From NCBI GenBank assembly GCA_964646485.1, contig CAZYEA010000002.1:1-58146 (forward strand): a stretch of DNA of 58,146 nt. The letters are read 5' to 3'. This DNA comes from an uncultured Acidobacteriota bacterium (lineage in GTDB: Bacteria > Acidobacteriota > Vicinamibacteria > Fen-336 > JAGNNV01). The notes under the pieces were generated by a model that saw only the letters and a list, made by a program, of their open reading frames with translations, was not told the DNA's origin and made no database searches. The position numbers were made by a program, and so were the translations under genes. Positions 25,891 to 33,931 of the stretch are shown piece after piece (the first letter of the stretch is position 1; each line of letters begins with the position of its first letter).

Positions 25891-28281
25891 TTATGCCGTG
25901 TCTCCAAGCATACCTTCAGGTGTCCCGTTCGGGGTTGCCGGTCGGAGGAGGGTGAAGGCGAGAAGGAGGGCGGTGATGGCGCTCACCAGGACGCCGGCCA
26001 CCGCAGTCGTCGGCAGGTATCGAAAATCGACCCGGTGGGCGCCCGCGGGAACCTCCACTCCAATGAATGCGGCATTGGCGCGTTCCACCCGCGTCGACAC
26101 GCCGTCCACCCACGCCCTCCACCCTGGGAGCCTGCCCTCGAGGGCAACGAGGAAGGAGGGCTGGTCCGCTTTGACCTCGACCGCGAACCGATCGGCACGC
26201 CTCTGCAGCAGCACAGCCGTCCCCGCGAAATTCGGCGCGGCGTCCCGGAACGGCCCGGAATCGACGAGGACAGTCGTCTGCGGATCGAATCCCGGGTCGA
26301 TCAGATCCGAAAGGTCGCGACCTGTGCCCTGCCGCCGCCCGGAGGTGAGAAAGACCCTCGGACGCGCGCCTGGCACGGCGAAGACCCGCAGTTCCTGGGC
26401 CTGGAAGACGTTGTGGCGGGATAGAAGGCCCAGATCCTCCATGCCCTGTTCATGACGGGCCGCCACCTTCTGAACCCCGGAGATCTGCAGGAGCTTCAGA
26501 AAACCCGGCGTCCCCTCGACGCGTCGCAGGCCTCCGGTCAGAGCGGCCAGGCGGCGATCGAACAGCAGCCTGAGGTCGGCATCCCACGCATAGTCCAAAT
26601 TCCAGAGGGCTCCGGTCAGGGGTAAAAGTGAAGCGCGGGTCGCCACGAGAGCCGCGGCGTCCGGCGAGAGGCCATCGAGGCCTGTCGGCTCCCAGGCCGA
26701 GCCCGAGGTCAGATACTTCTGCGCCCGGCCCTCGAACAGGAAGTAATCGTAGACGTAGATCCGACCTCCCGCCGAAGGGCGCAGCAGATCCAGGTGTGGT
26801 GGCTTGTACCCGAGAAGACGGCTCGGGAGAGTGGGGTTGAGTCCCGAGTGAATATGGATGCTCTGGCTCAGGTGGCCGAAGGCGAGTACGCAAGCGATGA
26901 GAGGGCCGAATCGGCCCAGGCGGCCCCAGGTGGACAATGCGAGTCCGACAAGAACGCTCGCGGATACGAGTAGATCCGGAGGCAGATTGCTCCGAACATC
27001 GCTCATGGCCGAGGTCATCCCAGGATCCAGGAAGGCGCCCACGAAGGCCTCCCACAACGGCCCTCGAAGCACCAGCCCCACGGCCGCCAGCAGAGTTGCC
27101 GTCACCACTGCGACGCGGCGGGCTCTTTGGGACCGGCCGAGGGACGATGCGCCCAGGCCGGCGAGAACGCAAAGGAGGATGGCGGCCGGAATGACCGCCT
27201 TGCTTGGAAAACGCAGAATCTTCAGGGGCGGGATGAGGGCGACCGCAATCGGGTAGGCCGCGGCGTTCTTGCCGAGGGAGACGAGAAGGGCGCCGATCGC
27301 TCCGAGAGCGCAGGCGAGCCGCCGCAGGCGAGGTATCCGGGAATCGGCGAGCGCGGCCAGGGCGAGAGGCAGAATCAGGGAGCCGAGGAAGACGGAGCCG
27401 AGGAATGGCTCGCGGCCTTCAAAAAGGGCCTGCCTCCATTCCGTCCGCAAGGGGAACGCGGCGAGCGGCACCGGGAGGAAGAGCTCCAGCAGGGACACGG
27501 GGTGGAGAGACCACGAGGTGCGGGTGGTTTCGGACAAGGCCGCGCGAGCGGAGGCCGAGAGAATCTCCATCGCGGGCAACCAGACGCCGGCGCTCAAGGC
27601 CAGAGCGGTAGCGAGGCTCAAGAGCAACCCTCGGGCCGCGCGGAAGTACGCAGGAGGCGGGATGAAGAGAACGGAGAGCAGAACCGTCATCGCGCACATG
27701 TCGGCGGACCCGGCGAGGATCTGCAGACCAAAGGCGGCGCCGAGCCCGCCGATCGCACGTGGCTCCTTTTCCTGCACCCGCACGACGCCCAGCAGGACCC
27801 AGGGAATCCACGCCGCTCCGGACATGTGGTGCCAGAGAGTGGCCAGGGATTGGAGCGGGCCGCAGAGGAGCCACGCGGCGCCGCCGACCGCCGCAGAGAG
27901 CCAGGAGCCTTGGGAGATCCGCTGCGCCAACATCGCCACGCCGAGCGCGCCGAAAACCGAATGAAGGGAGACAAACCAGGCATAGGCGAGGTGGGGCGGA
28001 AAGAGAAGGTGGAGAAGCACCGGCGGGTACAGGATCTGGCAACTCGGGTCGGCCAGCAGCGGCTGACCGAAGGCCGAGGTCGGATCGCGCAGCGGCAGGG
28101 CACCCTCGCTGAGTCCACGCAGAGCCGACTGCACGAGCGGAAAGTAAAGGAGGAAGAGGTCGCGCTGATACAGGGCCACGGTTCCCATGAGCACGGGAAG
28201 ACGGAGGAGGAACTCGATCCCGAAAAAGAGCAGAAGCAGTATCCCGGTCGCTCGGCGGGCAGACACCTCGACTGGCTTCAC
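25891..28281 (-). CDS. YfhO-like (GT-C fold) polytopic membrane protein, 796 aa
   Basis: N-terminal YfhO-type pattern LYQRDLFLLYFPLVQSALRGLSEGALPLRDPTSAFGQPLLADPSCQILYPP. Many TM helices. C-terminal pattern ..LPGWRAWVDGVSTRVERANAAFIGVEVPAGAHRVDFRYLP followed by a final TM helix. Paralog of 33932..36199. Confidence 0.7.
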   Translation of the reverse strand: MKPVEVSARRATGILLLLFFGIEFLLRLPVLMGTVALYQRDLFLLYFPLVQSALRGLSEGALPLRDPTSAFGQPLLADPSCQILYPPVLLHLLFPPHLAYAWFVSLHSVFGALGVAMLAQRISQGSWLSAAVGGAAWLLCGPLQSLATLWHHMSGAAWIPWVLLGVVRVQEKEPRAIGGLGAAFGLQILAGSADMCAMTVLLSVLFIPPPAYFRAARGLLLSLATALALSAGVWLPAMEILSASARAALSETTRTSWSLHPVSLLELFLPVPLAAFPLRTEWRQALFEGREPFLGSVFLGSLILPLALAALADSRIPRLRRLACALGAIGALLVSLGKNAAAYPIAVALIPPLKILRFPSKAVIPAAILLCVLAGLGASSLGRSQRARRVAVVTATLLAAVGLVLRGPLWEAFVGAFLDPGMTSAMSDVRSNLPPDLLVSASVLVGLALSTWGRLGRFGPLIACVLAFGHLSQSIHIHSGLNPTLPSRLLGYKPPHLDLLRPSAGGRIYVYDYFLFEGRAQKYLTSGSAWEPTGLDGLSPDAAALVATRASLLPLTGALWNLDYAWDADLRLLFDRRLAALTGGLRRVEGTPGFLKLLQISGVQKVAARHEQGMEDLGLLSRHNVFQAQELRVFAVPGARPRVFLTSGRRQGTGRDLSDLIDPGFDPQTTVLVDSGPFRDAAPNFAGTAVLLQRRADRFAVEVKADQPSFLVALEGRLPGWRAWVDGVSTRVERANAAFIGVEVPAGAHRVDFRYLPTTAVAGVLVSAITALLLAFTLLRPATPNGTPEGMLGDTA

Positions 28282-28467
28282 CGGAGTGTCGACGGGCCGG
28301 GGCTCGCATCCCGGGCGAGCCGACCGGGCGGAAAACCGAAGACGACGGCTGGATGCAAAGCCTCCGCGGGCAGACGGTCTGCGAAAGGGCCGGCCGTTTT
28401 GGTTGTTCCCATGGGTTCAGGAACGGAGCACGCGGGGTCGGGCAGCTTGACCTCGCACCGGGAGGGT

Positions 28468-30324
28468 CTAGAGCACCGTCTCGCGCAGGACCTCTTCGAT
28501 CGTGGTGATCCCCTGCTTGATCTTCTCGAGGCCGCTCATGCGCAGGGTCAGCATGCCTTCCTCGACCGCCTTCTTGCGCAGCTCGACGGAATTGGCGCCC
28601 ATCATGATGAGCTCACGAACCGGATCGTTGATCTCGAGCACTTCGTACAAGCCCACGCGGCCCTTGTAACCGGTGCCGTTGCAGGTCTGGCAGCCGCGTC
28701 CCTTGAACATGGGGAAGGAGCCCACCGCCTCGGCGGGGAAGCCGACGTCGAGCAGGACCTTGGCCGGAACGTCGCGCACCTCTTCCTTGCACTGGGCGCA
28801 GATGCGGCGGATGAGCCGCTGCGCCTGGATGAGGTTCACCGCGGTGCCCACGATGAAGGGCTCGATGCCCATGTTGACCATGCGGGACACGGTCGAGGGC
28901 GCGTCGTTGGTGTGGAGGGTCGAGAGCACGAGATGGCCGGTGAGCGCCGCTTTGGTGGAGATTTCCGCGGTCTCATAGTCGCGGATCTCGCCCACCAGGA
29001 TGATGTTCGGATCCTGGCGCAGGAAGGAGCGCAGGGCGGCCGCGAAGTTGAGGCCGATGGCGTCGCGGATCTGGACCTGGTTGATCCCCATCAGGTTGAA
29101 CTCGACCGGGTCCTCGGCGGTCATGATGTTGATGTCCGGCTTGTTGAGCGAAGCGAGCGCCGAATACAGGGTGTTCGTCTTCCCCGAACCGGTGGGACCG
29201 GTGACGAGGACGATGCCGTAGGGCTTGTCGATGTTGCGTTTGAACTTCTCGAGGGACGACGGCTCGAAACCGAGCTTGGTCATGTCGAGCATCAGCTTGC
29301 TCTTGTCGAGAAGACGCATGACGATCTTCTCGCCCCACAGGGTGGGCAGGCAGGAGACCCGGAAGTCCATCTCGCGGCTGCGGTCTTCGATCTTCAGGCG
29401 GATCTTGATGCGGCCGTCCTGGGGCAGACGCTTTTCCGAGATGTCGAGCTTCGACATGATCTTGATGCGCGAGGTGAGCGGATCCTTGAGCTTCATGGGC
29501 AGAGCCATGATGTTGTAGAGGATGCCGTCGATGCGGAACCGAACCCGGAACTCTTTTTCGTACGGTTCGATGTGGATGTCGGAGGCGCCGCGTTTCAAGG
29601 AGTCGATGAGAAGGACGTTGGCGAGCTTGACCACGGGCGCCGCTTCGGAAGAGCGCGACAGCGCGCCCAGATCGATTTCGTCCTCTTCGGTCTTGAGGGT
29701 TTCGACTTCGCCCTCTTCTTCCCCGATCGAGTCGATGTCGACTTCGGACAAGCCGACCGAGGCCATGTCGTCGAAGGTCAGGCCCGGTCCTTCCATCACT
29801 TCCTTGAGGGAGGGAGCCTTCCCGACGCCGCCTCCGGCTCCCGGCCGCTGCGACGCGGAGGTGGGAGGGCCGCCTTCCTGGCGAAGGGTCAGGGACCGGG
29901 CGCTGCCGTAGAACCGGTTGATCGCTTCTTCGATGGCGATTTCGGAAGCCACCACCGGGTCCACGTTGTACCCGGTCATGAACTTGATGTCGTCCATGGC
30001 GAAGACGTTGGTGGGGTCGCTCATGGCCAGGGAGAGCACGGCGCCCGCGCGCGAGATGGGAATCACCTGGTACTTGCGGCAGGTCTCTCCAGGCAGGACC
30101 TTCAAGACGGTGGGGTCGATGTCGAAGGTGGCGAGGTTGATCGAGGGCACGCCGTACTGGCGCGACAGCAGCCCTGTGATCTCGTCGTCTTTGACGAAGC
30201 CGAGGCTGACGAGAGCCCGACCGAGCTTGACCCCATTCTGCTTCTGATAGGCGAGCGCCTCTTGGAGCTGCTGAGGGGTGATGAGACCCTCTTTCGAGAG
30301 CATCTCTCCGATCTTTACGGGCAT
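28468..30324 (-). CDS. pilB: type IV pilus extension ATPase PilB (GspE family)
   Basis: N-terminal T2SSE_N-like domain (LITPQQLQEALAYQKQNGVKLGRALVSLGFV), Walker A TGPTGSGKTNTLYS, VGEIRDYETAEI, tetracysteine motif CAQC..CQTCNGTGYKGR. Confidence 0.9.
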   Translation of the reverse strand: MPVKIGEMLSKEGLITPQQLQEALAYQKQNGVKLGRALVSLGFVKDDEITGLLSRQYGVPSINLATFDIDPTVLKVLPGETCRKYQVIPISRAGAVLSLAMSDPTNVFAMDDIKFMTGYNVDPVVASEIAIEEAINRFYGSARSLTLRQEGGPPTSASQRPGAGGGVGKAPSLKEVMEGPGLTFDDMASVGLSEVDIDSIGEEEGEVETLKTEEDEIDLGALSRSSEAAPVVKLANVLLIDSLKRGASDIHIEPYEKEFRVRFRIDGILYNIMALPMKLKDPLTSRIKIMSKLDISEKRLPQDGRIKIRLKIEDRSREMDFRVSCLPTLWGEKIVMRLLDKSKLMLDMTKLGFEPSSLEKFKRNIDKPYGIVLVTGPTGSGKTNTLYSALASLNKPDINIMTAEDPVEFNLMGINQVQIRDAIGLNFAAALRSFLRQDPNIILVGEIRDYETAEISTKAALTGHLVLSTLHTNDAPSTVSRMVNMGIEPFIVGTAVNLIQAQRLIRRICAQCKEEVRDVPAKVLLDVGFPAEAVGSFPMFKGRGCQTCNGTGYKGRVGLYEVLEINDPVRELIMMGANSVELRKKAVEEGMLTLRMSGLEKIKQGITTIEEVLRETVL

Positions 30325-30475
30325 GGAACCATATTAGCCCAAGCTCCGCCCCGGCTCGGCGAGGCCGCGGACGCGACCCGAGCGTGAAGACTCGGCCATC
30401 ATCGGACGCGCGCGCGGGGAGCCGGCGAGCTTCGCGGCAGCGAGCCCTCCGGGGCTTCGTCCGATCACGTGAGGC

Positions 30476-32431
30476 TCACGGCCGGTCGTAGCTCAGCAGA
30501 GTCGTACCCCCGAACACCGCGCGAGGGACCAGTCGCGGCGAGTGGAATCGAAGGGGTCGGGCGCTCTCCTCCCAGACCCACGAAGCCCCCAGCCGCAACA
30601 GGATGCTCTCCCCCTCCGCAGCATCCGCGGTTTCGTAGAGGCGGCGCACCGCCGCCTGTCGTTCAGCAGCCAGAGGCGCGCTGACCGAGAAAGGGACAGC
30701 TTGCGCCACCAGGCGGCGGGAGGACAGCAAGCCGACGTACCCCGGCTTCAGTCCACCTCGATTCTCCGGATCGCCCTCGAGCGGGAGGACCAGTCGGGCG
30801 GTCTCCAGCGAGTGCGCGCGGAGCCAGGCGCATGCTTCTGTCGTCGATCGCGACAGCTGGAAGCGCCGCCGATCGAGTGCCTCCTCCGAAGTGAAAAGCT
30901 CCGGGGCGCCCTTCGAGGCGAGATACCTTATCGGGGTCAACACCGACAGGGTCACGATCAGGGCGGCCACGAACCGGTTGAGGCCGGGGCGCTCCAACCT
31001 CACCGACAGGGTGGGTGCGGCGAACACCCACAGCAAGGAGAGAGGGAGAAGCATGAACTGGACGCCGTCCAGGCGGGTTGGATTCCCGACAAAGGTGAGC
31101 GCCATAGTCACCGAAAGCAGCGCGGCGAGGGCGCAAATCCGCGCTCCTTCGGAACCGCGACGCGCCGCGTTCAGGAGCGGTGGAATTCCCAGAAGGCGGA
31201 AACCGAAGCCTCCCAGAAGAACGACGAGACCGGCGAGAGGAACTCCCACCGAGCCGGCGAGGGTCGCGAGCGAGGGATTGCTCGAAAGCGCCTCCTGGAT
31301 GAAGGCCAGGGGATCGACGAGAAGCGGGGCGCCATCGCGAGCGGCTCCGCTCCCGGCCACCAGGGCCATTCCGGGCGCGGCCAGGACGAGGGCGAGAGCG
31401 GCCACCAGAAGAAGGCGTCGGTCGCCGAAGGCGCCGCGCACCGCCACCGCGAGCCAGAGGGGAATGAAGGCGAACACTTTGGTCTGGAAGAGTGCAGCCA
31501 GGAGGACCGCGGCAGGAAGGAGCAAGGAGCGGCCGGGCGCGCGGGTCAGGAGGACGAGACAAAGCAGGGCCGTCAGCATGACCGGAAGTCCCAGCATCCA
31601 GGGGTTGTAGAAGAGGGGTTCGCTGCTGAAGGAGTAGAAGACGAAGAAGTGTCGCGTGCGCTCCAGCCAGCTGCCATTGACGCGGGGCACGAGGAAGGAC
31701 AGGTCGCCGCCGAAGGCGAGAAGGACCATGGTCAGGGCGCGGGAGAGCAGGCTCGATGCGCCCAGAGCCTCGACCAGAGCGGCCGCGGCTATTGCGGTGA
31801 AGACTAGGCCAATCACCGGAAGGCAGGTCCCGAATGCGGCCAGGGCGTCCGCCAAGGCGTAGCGATGAAGCAGAACTCCGGCAAGCGAAGGCAGGTAGGA
31901 ATACTGGAGCGGCAAGGGGGCGAAGCCGGGGTTCTCTATCGCCCAGATCGGGGCCCGCTCGAGCTCCTGCGAGACCCTTCCATAGAAGGCGCGGTCCGAA
32001 ACATCGAAGCCAACCCTCACCGAGAGTCCATCGGGGTTCAGAACGACGTCCGAGGCGTTGACCAGCAGAGCGATGGCGCCGAGCACAATCGCGCTCGCAA
32101 GCTCGGGGGCGATCGCCCGAGCCGAAGACGCCAGGGGGCGACCGGGCCGAAGCCACAGGAGCGATCCTGTGGCGAAGGGAAGGATCAGGCCCCGAAGCCC
32201 AAAGCCCAGTTCAAGGACCAGGACGGAGAGCGTGACGACGGTCCCGACCCCGATCGCCAGGGCCAGGCGGGCGAGCGGCGGCGCCTCCACGCGGAGGAGG
32301 CGCAACGCGACAAAACCTGGCGGAGCGGTGAGAGTGAAGAAGATCGCGGATGCTGCCAAAGTCTCGAACGCGATGGCCCACACTTTTGTCCACATTACGA
32401 GTTGTGCTTTGGCGCTGTCAATCCTCGCCAA
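30476..32431 (-). CDS. polytopic membrane protein (651 aa) with a C-terminal soluble domain; function unknown, possibly GT-C-like
   Basis: About 13 hydrophobic helices, then a roughly 170-aa non-membrane tail. Real coding is supported by clean hydrophobic periodicity versus Arg/Pro-rich shadow frames. Start uncertain (ATG 32431 or 32395). Confidence 0.5.
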   Translation of the reverse strand: MARIDSAKAQLVMWTKVWAIAFETLAASAIFFTLTAPPGFVALRLLRVEAPPLARLALAIGVGTVVTLSVLVLELGFGLRGLILPFATGSLLWLRPGRPLASSARAIAPELASAIVLGAIALLVNASDVVLNPDGLSVRVGFDVSDRAFYGRVSQELERAPIWAIENPGFAPLPLQYSYLPSLAGVLLHRYALADALAAFGTCLPVIGLVFTAIAAAALVEALGASSLLSRALTMVLLAFGGDLSFLVPRVNGSWLERTRHFFVFYSFSSEPLFYNPWMLGLPVMLTALLCLVLLTRAPGRSLLLPAAVLLAALFQTKVFAFIPLWLAVAVRGAFGDRRLLLVAALALVLAAPGMALVAGSGAARDGAPLLVDPLAFIQEALSSNPSLATLAGSVGVPLAGLVVLLGGFGFRLLGIPPLLNAARRGSEGARICALAALLSVTMALTFVGNPTRLDGVQFMLLPLSLLWVFAAPTLSVRLERPGLNRFVAALIVTLSVLTPIRYLASKGAPELFTSEEALDRRRFQLSRSTTEACAWLRAHSLETARLVLPLEGDPENRGGLKPGYVGLLSSRRLVAQAVPFSVSAPLAAERQAAVRRLYETADAAEGESILLRLGASWVWEESARPLRFHSPRLVPRAVFGGTTLLSYDRP

Positions 32432-32657
32432 CCCCTAAAAAGGCGCAAAGCATGACGCCTCGCCGCCGCCAAGCGGGGTCCGAATCGGCCCTCGGTCCGA
32501 CGCTTTCTTCCCCGGAGCAGGCTCCGGATGGGGTGCTAGGATCCCGTGCTCCCTTGAGAGCGCCCGTATGGAGACCTCGCGCCCCTTTTCGAAGCGGTGG
32601 ATCGACCTGGAACCCGTGATCCATGGAGCGAAGCTCCGCCCTTCCCGCGGGTAGCCG

Positions 32658-33380
32658 ATGGGAGGCCCGAAGCTCAGCGTAGTGTTGGCCTGCTACAACG
32701 AAGAGGAAACCCTCGAGGCAAGCTTCCTCGAACTGAGGAGCACTCTTGTGCGACTCGATCGCTCGTTCGAGATCGTGATCGTCGATGACCTCAGCCGGGA
32801 TCGAACCCGGGTGCTCATCGACCAGATCGTCGCCGCCCATCGAGACCTGGATGTGCGCGTCCTCCTCCACGACAAAAATCAGGGGCGAGGGGCCACCGTG
32901 ACCGACGGATTCCGCGCCGCGCGCGGGGAGATCGCGGGATATCTCGACATCGATCTGGAGGTTCACTGCCGGTATATCCCCTCCCTCCTGCAGGCGATCG
33001 AGGCGGGCGCCGATGTGGCCACGGTCCGGAGGATCTACGCGCTTCAAATCCGTTACCTCGACCGGTACTTCATGAGCCGGGGTTACTCCTTCCTGGTGAG
33101 ACGGCTCCTGGGCACCCGGCTTTACGACACCGAGACCGGCTTCAAGTTCTTCCGGCGCGAACGGCTCATGGAGGTGATTGACGCGATAGAAGACCCGCGC
33201 TGGTTCTGGGACACGGAATTCATGATCCGGGCCGAGCGCTCCGGCCGACGTATCGCGGAGATCCCGGGCGCCTACGTCCGGCGCGAGGATAAGACATCGA
33301 CGGTGAGCGGCCTGCGCGACTCCGTCGCGTACTTCGGCCGTCTTCTCCGCTTCCGCGCCGCCCTGGGGCGGGCCCGATGA
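32658..33380 (+). CDS. family-2 glycosyltransferase, polyprenyl-phosphate sugar synthase-like (Dpm1/GtrB/ArnC type)
   Basis: LSVVLACYNEEETLEASFLEL..FEIVIVDDLSRDRT..NQGRGATVTDGFRAARGEIAGYLDIDLE (DXD) ..TETGFKFFRRE. Confidence 0.85.
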   Translation: MGGPKLSVVLACYNEEETLEASFLELRSTLVRLDRSFEIVIVDDLSRDRTRVLIDQIVAAHRDLDVRVLLHDKNQGRGATVTDGFRAARGEIAGYLDIDLEVHCRYIPSLLQAIEAGADVATVRRIYALQIRYLDRYFMSRGYSFLVRRLLGTRLYDTETGFKFFRRERLMEVIDAIEDPRWFWDTEFMIRAERSGRRIAEIPGAYVRREDKTSTVSGLRDSVAYFGRLLRFRAALGRAR

Positions 33381-33916
33381 AAGCCGCCTCCGAGATTGGC
33401 TGGGTCCGCATGTGGCGGTTCGGACTCATGACCCTGGCCATGATCCCTTACCACATGGCCCTCTTCCCGCCGGTTCGATCCCTGCTGCTGCGCCTTTACG
33501 GCGCGCAAATCGGCCGCCGGGTGGTGCTCCACAACGCGCGTTTCTTCAATCTGTACCGGCGTGGGCTTTCCGGCCTTCGTCTGGGGGACGAAGTGTTCAT
33601 CGGCGACGAGTGTCTGCTCGATCTCGCGGACAGCATCCAGATCGGTGACCAGGTGACCCTGGCCGAGCGCGTGCTCATCCTCACTCACACGAATGTCGGC
33701 TACCACGACCACCCTCTCCAGAAGCACTTCCCGGCCACCACCACCCCGGTCATCCTGGATCGCGGCTGCTTCGTGGGCGCCCAGGCGGTGATTCTCCCCG
33801 GGGTAAGGATCGGAGAGCGCTCGGTCGTGGCCGCGGGCGCTGTGGTCACCGAGGACGTTGCGCCGGACTCGGTGGTTGCCGGTGTTCCTGCTCGCTTCAT
33901 CCGCTCTCTCGCGTAA
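33377..33916 (+). CDS. left-handed beta-helix (hexapeptide) acyl/acetyltransferase
   Basis: Hexapeptide repeats: LRLGDEVFIGDECLLDLADSIQIGDQVTLAERVLI..ILDRGCFVGAQAVILPGVRIGERSVVAAGAVV. The ATG overlaps the GT2 stop (ATGA). Confidence 0.8.
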   Translation: MKAASEIGWVRMWRFGLMTLAMIPYHMALFPPVRSLLLRLYGAQIGRRVVLHNARFFNLYRRGLSGLRLGDEVFIGDECLLDLADSIQIGDQVTLAERVLILTHTNVGYHDHPLQKHFPATTTPVILDRGCFVGAQAVILPGVRIGERSVVAAGAVVTEDVAPDSVVAGVPARFIRSLA

Positions 33917-33931
33917 AGCGGCCCTGGGATC

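Noticed and set aside
28282-28467. 186-nt gap between pilB and the YfhO-like gene, examined for a small RNA, terminator or promoter.
   Set aside because: I found only short 5-bp hairpins and a GGCCGGCC palindrome, with no T-tract and no recognisable -35/-10 or -24/-12 element. Nothing there is supportable from sequence alone.
27127-30387. 1086-aa plus-strand ORF, the longest of many very long ORFs. Others include 21268..23412, 4541..6328, 49051..51384, 37254..39083, 33272..35077, 40668..41912, 43688..45001, 46870..48306, 13347..14465, 15727..17013, 30542..31807, 23413..24807 and 47430..48590.
   Set aside because: All lie antisense to or out of frame with ORFs carrying unmistakable conserved motifs (PilB, PilS, PilY1, cytochrome, M28 and others). 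Their translations are Arg/Gly/Pro/Ala/Asp-rich low-complexity strings with no recognisable domains. This is the classic stop-codon-poor shadow-frame artefact of high-GC DNA.
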